Part shown: positions 20,398-31,169 of the stretch, one piece after another
Position numbering within the stretch: position 1 is the stretch's first letter
Layout of the letters: the number at the start of each line of letters is the position of its first letter
NCBI GenBank assembly: GCA_002811645.1
Contig: PDIP01000098.1
Span: forward strand, 1-47,732
Source: Corallochytrium limacisporum Hawaii
Taxonomy: Eukaryota > Protista > Pluriformea
Reading direction: 5' to 3'
DNA: 47,732 bases
Notes under the pieces: generated by a model
What the model was told of the DNA's origin: nothing
Databases searched by the model: none
Seen by the model: the letters and a program-made list of their open reading frames with translations, nothing else
Made by a program: the position numbers and the translations under genes

Positions 20398-22137
20398 TCA
20401 CGTCGTATGCTGTGTTCTTGTTGTCGTCGACCCGGCTGACGTGACCGTCTTGGCTGCCACAGACGTCGAAGTTGCCACAGACGTCGAAGTTGCCACAGAC
20501 GTCGAGTTTGCCGGAACTGCGGTCTCGACATGGTCGTAGTATCCATAACCATCAGTGGCAATATCTTCCTCGCAGTATGAGTAGGGCAGGTGGTCATTAA
20601 CCTCACAGTTATAAGTTTCGCGCGCTGACGTAGTGGACAGACTGGTCCACTCTGGCCCTACATCATACATTCCATGTAACCTTTGGAAAGAATCCATAAG
20701 GAGCTCCTTGTTGTCGGGGTGGCCCAAGATCTTCGTAATAGGTAAGTTATAACGCTTCAGGATCGAAGCATACCATTGGAGAGTGTCCAAGCTCGGCAGC
20801 AGCGACAATATCTCATCATCCTCAGTCGCCATTCTGTGCAGTCCCTCGTTCATTGCCGAGTAGGGCACACGAAGTACTGCATGTCCGTAGAGTGTCTTCA
20901 ACCACCTTACATTGCGATGGGCTGGGATTCGTGCATTGCGCACGTCCTCGGGCACAGAAAGCAGATTACCCGGGGTCTGACCGTAGAAGTTGGACTGGAA
21001 CCACGCTTCTGGGTAGAACTTTTCCAACACACTGAGCACATCAAAGTGATCGTAGGGGCCCATGGCAAGGTGGAGAGGCAGATTTCCGTAGGCGTCAGGT
21101 TGCCGCAGTGCAGAGGACAACCATTCACATGTGTGCGTGTACGGGCCCAGGCAATGGCCCAGACTGAAAGGTTTATCATAATAGTCGTCCTTAAGTCTTC
21201 TGCAAGGCCTTCGTTTATGCCTAGGCTCCTTGTTGGTGAGGGAAGACTGTTTCACAATCGGGATTGACAAAAGACTAACGGTGTTTACCTTCTTCAGCAA
21301 AGCGTGAAGAATGCTCTCATCGAAGTCGTTGACGTACTCGAGGTTCAACATTGAGTGGAAAGGTTTGTACCTTGCGAGTCGTTGATAGGCTGCAAAGCTG
21401 CCAGTAACGTCCAATTTGATGGCCATGAGCAAGATGTTGTTCTTGTAGTTATCTTTCAGGTCGCGATCGTGCCATTCTTCCATCCACCTCTCCTGCTGCA
21501 TCAAAGTCTCCAAACCAGCGTCACGTGCGAGAGAGGTGACCAGCAACTGGCAATGAACGAGGAACGACCCCACTGCTGGCTGGCCTGCTGTGGTCCACTT
21601 TTGATGCAGGTCGAGGCCAGTGGACGAAGGGTCGTCGGGCATCCAGCCGCCTTCATCGTCCTTGACCAGGATATCACGACGGTCACACACAGTAAGGTGT
21701 TCATCTAGATTATCCTCAAAGGTCGTGTTCAAGTTATCGCCACGACCTTCCAGCGCAACAAGGGAACACGGAACATCACGATCGCCCACGGCCGGCTGCC
21801 AATCTACGGAAGACTTTCCATCTGTGTGATAACCACACGAAGCCGTGTACCGACGTCCCCTTGCAGGGTAGGGTAGGATTTTGTGGCCACAGACGTAGTC
21901 ACTGTAGGGCTGGTCTTCGGGCAAGACGTCAAATGCTGACCACAGACTATACAGAGGTTCGTCGTCCAGCCGCGGAGACTCAGGAATCATCAGATTAAGA
22001 TGGAAAGACGAAGGAAATCCTACCCAGATTACCAAGGACAGACCTGACAGTATGCCTAGGAAAAAGAGCGCCGGGGCAGTCGGGAGACGCCTTTGCCGAT
22101 CGATGCGGGCAGATTCTGTGTCGTCGGGAATACCCAT
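20398..22137 (-). CDS. Uncharacterised single-pass membrane protein with ankyrin-like motifs and a Ser/Thr-rich tail
   Basis: 579-aa ORF, TM at about aa 20-42, DAYGNLPLHLA and NFYGQTP motifs, STSVAT repeats. Confidence 0.75.
   Translation of the reverse strand: MGIPDDTESARIDRQRRLPTAPALFFLGILSGLSLVIWVGFPSSFHLNLMIPESPRLDDEPLYSLWSAFDVLPEDQPYSDYVCGHKILPYPARGRRYTASCGYHTDGKSSVDWQPAVGDRDVPCSLVALEGRGDNLNTTFEDNLDEHLTVCDRRDILVKDDEGGWMPDDPSSTGLDLHQKWTTAGQPAVGSFLVHCQLLVTSLARDAGLETLMQQERWMEEWHDRDLKDNYKNNILLMAIKLDVTGSFAAYQRLARYKPFHSMLNLEYVNDFDESILHALLKKVNTVSLLSIPIVKQSSLTNKEPRHKRRPCRRLKDDYYDKPFSLGHCLGPYTHTCEWLSSALRQPDAYGNLPLHLAMGPYDHFDVLSVLEKFYPEAWFQSNFYGQTPGNLLSVPEDVRNARIPAHRNVRWLKTLYGHAVLRVPYSAMNEGLHRMATEDDEILSLLPSLDTLQWYASILKRYNLPITKILGHPDNKELLMDSFQRLHGMYDVGPEWTSLSTTSARETYNCEVNDHLPYSYCEEDIATDGYGYYDHVETAVPANSTSVATSTSVATSTSVAAKTVTSAGSTTTRTQHTT
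20455..20505. repeat. 18-nt coding tandem repeat, about 3 copies (TGCCACAGACGTCGAAGT)
   Basis: Encodes STSVAT repeats on the minus strand. Confidence 0.95.
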
Positions 22138-22359
22138 CGTTTGTTCAGTGTATTTAGATTCTTACAACTATATGACCTGCAGAAACAATTGAGAATCGCT
22201 CTCTGACTCTATCATTTTCTGGCTCCTAAGGTGTCCTTAGTTAATTACCCTACCAACTGACTGACTTCTATCGGTAGCATCCCCTTCGTGTCATTCGGGG
22301 CTGACGCAGTCCTGACGGCCTCATCTGCTGTCTGCCTTTCCCTCCTCCCCCCTCCCCCT

Positions 22360-22360
22360 T

Positions 22361-22400
<40 letters not shown>
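22360..22400. repeat. (CT)n microsatellite
   Basis: Directly visible. Confidence 0.9.
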
Positions 22401-22402
<2 letters not shown>

Positions 22403-23447
22403 TTTTTCCCTTCTGGCCTCCTTTCCCTGACCCTGACCCAAATCCTTTTCCAATTCAGTTTGTGTGTTACGCTCCTACTACGTGATGGGTACGATGGATT
22501 CTTGAGCAGGAGAGACCGAGGCGGGCTTTCCGCTGTTCAGGCTCTTTTTTTCCCTTCCCTTCTTTCCCCCCTCTTCCTTTTTGGTCGGGAGGGGCCTTAC
22601 AACGCGAAAAGCGTAGCAATTGTTCCTATCCCTCTTGGCACAATAAAAAAAGGGAGGAAATATAAAGGAAAAACGTGGCCGTTTTGGAGTGGCCCGCCGT
22701 GAAATACGCAAGAACGAAGCTCTGTCCTTGCCTTTGTAAAGGGAGGTGGGGAGAGGGGGGGGGGGCCAATTACTCCATTTTTACACAGGAATGTTTCCTC
22801 CTGGTTGGGGACGACGAAAGCGCAGTAAAAGAAAAAGAAATCCAAGGACCCCGTGTATGATGCGCACCCAATCCCTCCCCCCCCTGCCCCTTTTCGTCTT
22901 AAACTCGCTTTGGGTTCTCTGTACCCCGCCAACCCCCATCCCCCGCACTTCCGAACCTGCTAGACACCAGCAGTAGTTTTTGTTTCTGATTTGTAACCCG
23001 GCGGCTATGCGAGAGTGCTCCTCCATTAGGAATCCCAGGGAAGACAAACGCATTTGAGTCCGGACTCGCTGTCGGCATCTGAGCAATAGCAGCACACTCG
23101 CCTGCCTCCACTCTCTTTAGAGGTACGAGCGGTGAATGAAAAAAGCAAGGGGGGGGGGGGGCGCAAAGGGTGGCGTAGTTAATTATCACCGTACCCTGGA
23201 GCGCCCCAACCGAATATAGCTGTATACCCTAACTAATGGTTATTTTGATTTAAGCCGCAGGTCGGCGGGAAAGGAATGAGAATCGCGAGCGAGAGGGGGT
23301 CGACCCCGGGGGGGGTTAAGCGGGGCGCGCCGTAGAGAACTGCTCCCACCCACCCGCGAGAACTCTAAAATTCTAAGCACAATATGGTGCCGGTGTTGTG
23401 TAGATGCCACTGCGGTATATTTTGTTGACATTTGGGAGTAGGATCCT

Positions 23448-24035
23448 TTAGAAGAACGCACCTGGCAGGCTTTCGGTGACCATGGCTCGGTACACGACGA
23501 AGAACAGCAGACCAGAGGGACCCAGCATCAATGTAGAGAACAGGAAAAGCACACGGAACACAAGGTGAGTATCCAGTTCGAGGCACTGCTTATTGATCCA
23601 CATTCCGACGAAAAGATCGAATCCCAGGTAATGAATCCATGCCGCCGCAAGCACATTAGGACTGGAATGGTGGAACATGCGGATCACGCGCTCAAGGCTG
23701 TCAAATCCACCATTTGCCTCTGCACTATTCTTCACTAAGAGGAAGAGATAGCCGAAGCAGGAAATCAAGATCGAACAAGTAGCAAGCAGGTTAGTGTACT
23801 CCCAGTTTGGGAGCAACATCAGCAGAGCCCAACTGGGTAAAGCACTCGAGGCGCTGAGGTCATAGAAGACCTGCGTGGTGGTGTAGATCGGAAACTTCGC
23901 ATGGCTCTGGTGGCTCGAAGCGTAGGGCTTTGCCTTCCTTGGTGGCATAGTTGTTGACGAACTGAAACTCTCTCTTCCGTAGTATAGACTTTGGATTTGA
24001 ACGATCACTGTTTTATGTTGGGTTATCACAGACAT
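23448..24035 (-). CDS. ABA4-like / DUF4281 four-TM membrane protein (true start may be the ATG at 23948)
   Basis: WALLMLLPNW..T, AAWIHYLGFDLFVGMWI and TLMLGPSGLL match the ABA4/DUF4281 WxHxLxFDLFVG and GPxGLL motifs. Confidence 0.85.
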   Translation of the reverse strand: MSVITQHKTVIVQIQSLYYGRESFSSSTTMPPRKAKPYASSHQSHAKFPIYTTTQVFYDLSASSALPSWALLMLLPNWEYTNLLATCSILISCFGYLFLLVKNSAEANGGFDSLERVIRMFHHSSPNVLAAAWIHYLGFDLFVGMWINKQCLELDTHLVFRVLFLFSTLMLGPSGLLFFVVYRAMVTESLPGAFF

Positions 24036-24837
24036 AGCACACCTTCCTTACATACCCTCTTGTCTGTGCCATACTTTGTATCATGCCCATGATTTGTTGG
24101 CGGGTGCGCCGTTCTCTGCATTTCCGTCACCGGCCTAAAGACCCACCCCCGCCCGCCCCTCCGCCTTTCTGTGCAGCATTCCTTCCCAGTTCGCTGGCCG
24201 GCAAAGCAGCGGTTACGAAGCATTCTCTCCCTTTGGGAAATCCGGCGAAGCGCGGTTCTCTTCACCACACTCACACACTCACACACTGCGCAGTTTGCTA
24301 TTTACCGTAATGAAAAAATATCACACACCTGAGCCAGCAACCAACCCTTCCCCGGTCCCAATTTTCACGCCTGCCACTACCCCAGTACATTGACTACTGT
24401 CACACCAGCATCTCCTGATGGAATAAAGAAACACCTGGACAAGGACTAACGAATCGTTTCTTTCCAAAAGGGCCCAGGGAACGGGTCGGGAACACCCCAC
24501 TCTCACCACCATTCCGCAGAGAAAATAGACTCCCGATCAATCCCCGGGCTACCCTCCTTCTCTTCTTTGCCCCGCCCGGTTGTGAGGGTACCGGGAGCGT
24601 CGGCGGTCAGTACATTCAGTACGGAAGACGGGAGAAAAAAAAAAGTGGGTGAGTGCACAGAGAGCCAGAGAGGCCCAAGGGAGAAAAAGGGGAAAAAAAA
24701 AAGGGCGCGCTTCCCGCTGTGTGTGTGTTGTGTGTCTCCAGCCACCCTTTTGCCTGGGGGGCCTGGGATCGCCCCGGGTCTGGGTAAAACCCTACCACCA
24801 CCCAACGCTCTCGGTAAGCACCGGTCGCCGAGCCAAG

Positions 24838-24872
24838 AAAGAGAGAGAGAGAGGTGTGAGAGAGAGAGAGAG
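24838..24872. repeat. (GA)n microsatellite
   Basis: Directly visible. Confidence 0.85.
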
Positions 24873-25137
24873 GGAGGAGCACACCGAAGAGCGGGCGCGG
24901 AAAATGCCCAAGGCGTCCGGGGAGGGCCTTCGAGAAAAAGACGTCGGGAACATGGAGAGGTTTGAGAGGCTATTTCGGAAGCGTTCGGACTGCAATGCGC
25001 TGCTTGAAGCGAAATCGGTAGTCAAGACAGTCTATGTCTATACGGTGTATGTGCTGAGTCAGCATATTTGATTGGTCAGTTAATTTCAGTAGCAGATCTT
25101 GACAACTTTCGGTTGCATTCTAACTACGAGAACAATT

Positions 25138-25500
25138 ATGTGCAAACATATTCTCAATGCCCAGGTGTCAATTCGCACCCCTTGCTGCAAAAAATGGTAT
25201 GACTGCCCCGAGTGCCATGCGGAAAATGAAAATCACGAGCTGAGGAAGTCTTTCGAAATGGTATTTGGGTGCAAGAAGTGCAAGAAGGTCTTCCGCAAGG
25301 ACACGCGTGATCTCGAGGAGGCCGACGAGTACTGCCCGCGCTGCGACAATCACTACGTCCTGGAAGCCAAGACTGCCACCCCGGTCCTGCAGGTTGAGGG
25401 AGATGAAAAGATGATGATCGACGACCGCGACCGTGCTCAGGTCCAGAGGCGCGGCCGTATGGGTGTTGCCGGTGCCATGTCAACAATGGCCTATAGGTAA
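25138..25500 (+). CDS. Small CHY-type zinc-finger protein
   Basis: MCKHILNAQVSIRTPCCKKWYDCPECH...CKKCKK...YCPRCDNHY; ATG at 25138. Confidence 0.9.
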   Translation: MCKHILNAQVSIRTPCCKKWYDCPECHAENENHELRKSFEMVFGCKKCKKVFRKDTRDLEEADEYCPRCDNHYVLEAKTATPVLQVEGDEKMMIDDRDRAQVQRRGRMGVAGAMSTMAYR

Positions 25501-26329
25501 GCATTGGCACACCAGTCTCTAGTATCTTTTCATCTTGGGAACACTGCATGCATCATATTTTTGATTCATTCTTTGACTTTTCGTGTGCAATTTGCTGACA
25601 TGAAACATTGTGATGCTGGGCATTCAATGTCATCTCGTTCATTAGTTCGTAGAGTGTTCATGCGGCGGTTAGAGTCTGCTACGGATCGTCCTAATCCACC
25701 CTCTGTACAGCTAAAAGTTTCCATCATACCGAATCAACGGAAAACCTACCCCCAATATTCATCATGATTACATTTTTTTAACAACATTATCCTCTACAAG
25801 ATCACTGGGCGCATAAGATAGACGGACGTGGGACATAATGGTCCATTGTTGTCCGCTTGGTTTGTCAACGAATCTGCCGTGCACAGACAGCTCACGCTCG
25901 TCGCCGGCCTACCCGTACCACGAACCTCCTCCTCCCCCCCACCCCTAAGGGGGGGGGGCTAGCATATTGCGCGCCGGAGGCGGGTCCGTGAGGGGCCCCC
26001 AGCGGGCCGGCCGGTGCAGGGTCCGCCCCGAGGATCTCAGGCACGTTCTGTCGGCTGCGGGTCTGATGTGGGACTCACGCACCTATAAAAGATATTTAGA
26101 CCATCTCAGTGCACAAAAAGATAACGTGCAAGGGAACTTTGACTTGGAGTCCTAGAAGGGGTTCTCGCGCTTGTACGGTCACTAACGCGAGCTCCTAAGT
26201 ATTACCACACGGAACAAGTAGGTAATCGACCATTATGACCTCTACGTAGAAGACTCTAGGGAGGATACAGCCATGTCTGCTGTCTTAAAGAATTGTTAGA
26301 ATAATGAAAAGGAATTAATCGAATGAAAA

Positions 26330-27589
26330 ATGAACCAAAACGAGCCGATTTACATTTCTAGTGGTGACGAAGTCAGCGACAACAATGATTCGGTCTATGA
26401 CGGTGAAGTAGAGTCACCATATTACGACGATGGGTTTGATGAAGGAAGGGGAGACATACCTATGACACTGCATGATCAGTTTGCCATTCTCAGGTCCCGT
26501 GGTTATGCGGCACCCTCGGCGGAATGGCTTGGGGCGTACGACTCGGGACAGCGCATTGGTCACAACCATTCACAAATTAACGTTGTCCCTCACCAAGCGG
26601 TGGCAGCATCCGAGCAGGAGCGTCGAATGCTCGAGACAGCAATCTATGAGAGCCAAATCAGTCTCACAGAAACGTTGGGAAATGTGGAAGTTGGGGTAGA
26701 TGATATTGATATGGTTAGCACGCTCATCTCACGACAACTAGCACTACCAGAGCATTTACATGAACGGAACTGTGCCATTTGCCAGGACCCATTGGAAGAA
26801 CAGAGCCCGCACGATGGGCGAACTACAATGGACACCCCGATTGATAATCAGAACAAGGTTACGATCATAAAGCAGCCGACAGAAGACCTCGAGCACCGTG
26901 CTGGCCCGAGACACGGAGGTGTTCGCGAGCTCGTGTGCGGTGACGCTTTCCACGACGATTGTATTCGGCCGTGGCTGAAGAGAAGCGTTAAGTGTCCAAC
27001 TTGTCGATCTGATCTTACAACGCACAAGATTGGGGAGGATGTTATGGCGAAAAAAGTCGAGGAATTGGTATCCATGGGCTTTGATAATGAAAAGAGCCGC
27101 AGGGCAGTGGAAGAGACGAACGGTCATATACAGCGGGCGGTGGAACTGCTCACAAGCGAACCAGATCAGACGGCAGAGCCGCAACAGCAGCAGCGCAAAG
27201 GAAGCCGTCCTGACGATCGCTCTCCAGCCGGAGAAGAATTCACAAAGGTTGCCCGCACGCAGAGCACCCAAAGTCCAGGATCCCGTATTTCTACGGAGCA
27301 GAGATCTTGGGCCCAGCTGGCAAGTGGTAGCATCAATCGTGCACGCAGAGATGGCGATGCGATGGTGCAGGATACACCGAATTCAACGCCCGTGAAGTCA
27401 ACCCGTGCGCCTGATTCAGTGACTCCTGAAGCTGCAGCATCGTCCTCCTCCGGTACAGAAGTTCAGGAGCAGATCGATGTGCTCACTGCGCTTGGGTTCA
27501 CGCGCGACCAGTGTATCACCGCGCTCGACTTGTGCAACTTTGACATTGAGAGTGCGGCCATCTTGCTACAGACTGGCGGTGTGGGCTGA
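26330..27589 (+). CDS. RING-H2-like E3 ubiquitin ligase with two UBA domains
   Basis: CAICQD...CGDAFHDDCIRPWL...CPTCR. UBA motifs LVSMGFDNEKSRRAV...AVELL and LTALGFTRDQCITAL...AAILL. Possible UIM (EQERRMLETAIYES). Confidence 0.88.
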   Translation: MNQNEPIYISSGDEVSDNNDSVYDGEVESPYYDDGFDEGRGDIPMTLHDQFAILRSRGYAAPSAEWLGAYDSGQRIGHNHSQINVVPHQAVAASEQERRMLETAIYESQISLTETLGNVEVGVDDIDMVSTLISRQLALPEHLHERNCAICQDPLEEQSPHDGRTTMDTPIDNQNKVTIIKQPTEDLEHRAGPRHGGVRELVCGDAFHDDCIRPWLKRSVKCPTCRSDLTTHKIGEDVMAKKVEELVSMGFDNEKSRRAVEETNGHIQRAVELLTSEPDQTAEPQQQQRKGSRPDDRSPAGEEFTKVARTQSTQSPGSRISTEQRSWAQLASGSINRARRDGDAMVQDTPNSTPVKSTRAPDSVTPEAAASSSSGTEVQEQIDVLTALGFTRDQCITALDLCNFDIESAAILLQTGGVG

Positions 27590-27677
27590 CATGTTCGCAT
27601 GAAATGTTTCGTTTAAGAGGAGATATAGTAAATGGTGTACTTCAAATTTAGATTCTTTAGTTTTGTCTGGACAATGT

Positions 27678-30600
27678 CTATGAGAAGTTTCGTTGCTGCT
27701 GGTAATGCTTTGAGTGGTATCTATGGGTACGATTCACAATGTCCACGATATTTATCTCCGGTAGCATGCGGATGAGCATGGCCTCAAAGATACCCAACAC
27801 TAGGCGGCGGTTCATCAGAGGATCCTGAAGCATGTCGAACATACGCAAGACACCACGCTTTGCGGTTCCCCCGCCAATGATGCTCTTCAGCTCGTGCGGG
27901 ATCATGGCAAGCACGCGAGCTTTAGCGTCAAGCTTGGTACTGCGCTTCTGCTGTTCAGTACGCTCTGGTGGTGCCTGTTGCTGGTGCAAGCTTGAGCCGT
28001 GCATATCCCACGAATCTCGCCTTGCACTATCGGGCCAGATGCTGGTGCGCAGCAGGAAGAAGTAGTACGCCCACTGCTCTGGGCTCAGCGCATCCTCGAC
28101 CATGGCAACAGTTTTCCGGTTGAGGGTCACCCCGTGTGTTGTACTGATCACTTGTTGCAGGAGCTGCACGGTGCGGCGACGCAACCATCGGTTGCGTCCC
28201 GTCAGTTCGAAGATCTCATCCATGAGCAGTAGGATGATACGGAAGGGTAAGACCTCATCATTGCGCATGTCTTTCTTCGATGAGGTGAGCTTCCACTGTA
28301 GGAAGGACTCATAATCAGCGCCACCATCGCTCATGACATACCGTGCAACCAGTGACTTCACCTGTGATGTGTTCATAGCAGAAGTACCGCTATATGCCGA
28401 AGAATCCGATTTTCTGCTAGTATTGCTGTGTGTACGACGGTGCGACATGTGACGCGACGGCATCGGAGGAACTGTGTTGACGGGCTTCGTGTCTTCCACG
28501 GACGGCGCACTAGAGCCAGAAGACTTGCTCTTTCCCTGGGCCGATGCGAAAGTCTCATGGCGAAGACCTGTGGCGGGGCTCAGCAGAGAACGGTTTTGGC
28601 CCGAAGCACTTGAACTCGCTGACGTGCTGCGATAGGTCCTGGTCAATGATGAGGTAGAGCCCTCAGTCATAGCCTTGAAACCATCACTTATGATACGGGT
28701 TGTGTGACTGAGTGGGTTGATGACGGTGTCCAGAGCCCGTTCGAGTTTGTTGAAGCCTGCGTTGTAAGCTCCAGAGGATAAGAATCGACTGAGAATGGCT
28801 CTGGTTTTGACATTAGTGAATATCTCCTCATCAAGCAGGAGGTTATTGAGGTATTTGTCAAGTTTGTAGCGCCGCTGCTCGAGGAAGGTCTCTGACAGAT
28901 TGCCAAAAGTTTTCTTGCCCGGAAAGATGTAGTCATCGATACCGGGAAGACGTCTCCGTAACTGCATATGCAGATCATGGAATTCGGAATAGCGCCGAAG
29001 TACACGCCACTGCATTACACCGGCTTCATCCTGGCGGAACACCTCGATGATGAAGACCGCGTAGGCTTTGCCACTATTCTTCTCGCGGCTGATCTCATAT
29101 CCAACAATTTTAGTTGTCCAGGCCCCCTCTGAGTCCATCAGGCTGGACTTCAACTCACTGTTGATGGAGGGTGTCTTCGCACGTGGAGCACTACGTGGTT
29201 GTGCATAGCTTCCACTCATACTCGAAGTCGTTGAAGGTGCTGGTTGAGACAAACTTGTGGCACTAGAGATATTACTTGCGTAAAGAGCATCTGGGGTACG
29301 CTCCGCAGTCGCCTTCCGTAGTGGAAACTGCATTTCGGCATCCACGGATGAGCGGTCACTTTCGTCCACGTAGCTGTCTGCCAAGTGTTCTGATCCAGCA
29401 TTTGATCGCTCATCCAACCTACTGGATTGTCGCGATGGGGGCTGCCAGTTAGTTCGCTTGCTTGTTGAGGGCGTCCTTTCGGAATCGACTCCAGATGTAT
29501 CGAGTTCTGCTTCCGTCTTTCCTTCAATATCACCGCCATACAAGTCATCCTTGCGCAGCTCTGTTTCATAGACATACCTCAGATACGCTTCACTCTTCAC
29601 GAAGCGAGGATAGCAATGCGCATCCATAAACTCATACACCTTGGTCTGCGCGTAGTCGAAGATACGCGGCTGGACTTGGTTGTCGTTGATCTTTTTCGCA
29701 ATGTTTTTAGCACTGCTGGCTTCCAGAGGGATGCGAGGGTTCGCATTAAGACTCACGTACAAGTCAAAGATTGCCCTTGCCTCACTTACCATCTCATAAT
29801 GGACAGTGTCCTTTTGAATCTGATTTGCCATGCCGGCCCGACGGAATGCTTCGATGACCAGCCAGAACTGCATCGACACAATTTCCCTTTCACTCTCCAT
29901 GAAATCCATGAAGAAGCCGATGGCAACGGGATCGTGAAGAATCTCGACGAGGGCAGGCGGTGCGTCTGCGTATGTGGACGGCACCTCTGTGTCGTCGCTG
30001 AGGTTCTGTGCTTTGACCGCATTGATGCGCCGCACAACCAGACGCCGCGCGACTTCCAGACGTCTGATCTGCAGACGGTTCGCAGCATCTCGCTTCCTAC
30101 TTGAGGAGCTCATGCGTTGCTTCAATTCCGAGGTCACTCGATCCATGTGAATTTCAAGCTCCTCCAAACTGTCACACTTTCTGATGTTTTCAAGAAATGA
30201 TTCCCAGGTTTGATTTGCAACCAATGTGCATACGGTTTGGTTGATGAAATCTGGATCACAAATCTTATCCAGTGCCGTTTGAATAACCAACACCAAGACC
30301 TCCAAGAGCATGAATCTTGAGGTCAGATTATTAAAATCATCACTTGGCATTACCGTGTACAAGATGACCTCCAGCAAATCTCGCAGGTAGCTGGCTTCTG
30401 AGCTGCGATCGACGATGAAGCTAAATCGACCCTTGTCTATCTCGAAGGCAATCTGTGAGATACTGATATCCAGGTCCGGAGTTTGAGTCCTGATAGCGGC
30501 ATGTCGGTTGCTAGCTAAAGACCACAGTCGAAGATGTCGGGCAAAGTCATCAACCGCGTCAAGCATGACAAAGGATACGGCGTCCATGTTCTTTGCCTTG

Positions 30601-31169
30601 CCAACCAGTTGGGCAACAACAGAGAAGAGCGACTTCCGTAGATCGATCAGAAACTCAGGATCTTCACTGATATATGTGTACCAGCTCTCCACATGGTCAT
30701 GAATGACGTTATCAAAGATCAATTGCAACTCTTTGTCTATTGCCCGCGCCCCCGTCATACGCTTGTCGATATTCAATACCCGCCGGTTCTCTGCGTGTTG
30801 AACCAAACTGTTGATTCCGGCACTTTGCTGCTCCGCAAGCTGTTGCTCATATCGTCCTGAACGGCTACGGAATATTGCATGTGGTTTCACCCATATTGAT
30901 AGAACCGCTACTGTAGTCACAGTACCCGCCAGAAAGGCAACCCCGCATCCTAGTATTGTCAATGAGACAGTGGAGAGGGATACGAGCGCTGACAACGTTC
31001 TGCTGGACATGTCCTCCAGGGAAGGAAGCCACTGGCCCTGACCTAAGCGGTCGATGTAGCTGGACAGGTCCTGAAAGTACTCTTCGAGGTCGGTCTGGTC
31101 CGGTAGAATTGATGCTAACCCCGCATACACAGAAAGGAAATTTTCAAGTAGGGAAGCAGCGCCTGGCAT
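27678..31169 (-). CDS. SNX13: PXA-RGS-PX-PXC sorting nexin (SNX13/14/25, Mdm1 family)
   Basis: N-terminal TM; PXA (VIHDHVESWYTYIS...DPDFINQ); RGS (FFMDFM...MQFWLVIEAF...YPRFVKS); PX (RRYSEFHDLH...FLEQRRYKLDKYL); Nexin_C (WLRRR...FDMLQDPLMNRRL). Confidence 0.9.
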   Translation of the reverse strand: MPGAASLLENFLSVYAGLASILPDQTDLEEYFQDLSSYIDRLGQGQWLPSLEDMSSRTLSALVSLSTVSLTILGCGVAFLAGTVTTVAVLSIWVKPHAIFRSRSGRYEQQLAEQQSAGINSLVQHAENRRVLNIDKRMTGARAIDKELQLIFDNVIHDHVESWYTYISEDPEFLIDLRKSLFSVVAQLVGKAKNMDAVSFVMLDAVDDFARHLRLWSLASNRHAAIRTQTPDLDISISQIAFEIDKGRFSFIVDRSSEASYLRDLLEVILYTVMPSDDFNNLTSRFMLLEVLVLVIQTALDKICDPDFINQTVCTLVANQTWESFLENIRKCDSLEELEIHMDRVTSELKQRMSSSSRKRDAANRLQIRRLEVARRLVVRRINAVKAQNLSDDTEVPSTYADAPPALVEILHDPVAIGFFMDFMESEREIVSMQFWLVIEAFRRAGMANQIQKDTVHYEMVSEARAIFDLYVSLNANPRIPLEASSAKNIAKKINDNQVQPRIFDYAQTKVYEFMDAHCYPRFVKSEAYLRYVYETELRKDDLYGGDIEGKTEAELDTSGVDSERTPSTSKRTNWQPPSRQSSRLDERSNAGSEHLADSYVDESDRSSVDAEMQFPLRKATAERTPDALYASNISSATSLSQPAPSTTSSMSGSYAQPRSAPRAKTPSINSELKSSLMDSEGAWTTKIVGYEISREKNSGKAYAVFIIEVFRQDEAGVMQWRVLRRYSEFHDLHMQLRRRLPGIDDYIFPGKKTFGNLSETFLEQRRYKLDKYLNNLLLDEEIFTNVKTRAILSRFLSSGAYNAGFNKLERALDTVINPLSHTTRIISDGFKAMTEGSTSSLTRTYRSTSASSSASGQNRSLLSPATGLRHETFASAQGKSKSSGSSAPSVEDTKPVNTVPPMPSRHMSHRRTHSNTSRKSDSSAYSGTSAMNTSQVKSLVARYVMSDGGADYESFLQWKLTSSKKDMRNDEVLPFRIILLLMDEIFELTGRNRWLRRRTVQLLQQVISTTHGVTLNRKTVAMVEDALSPEQWAYYFFLLRTSIWPDSARRDSWDMHGSSLHQQQAPPERTEQQKRSTKLDAKARVLAMIPHELKSIIGGGTAKRGVLRMFDMLQDPLMNRRLVLGIFEAMLIRMLPEINIVDIVNRTHRYHSKHYQQQRNFS

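Noticed and set aside
20455-20505. CRISPR-like repeat
   Set aside because: Head-to-tail in-frame coding repeat with no spacers, in a eukaryotic context with no cas genes.
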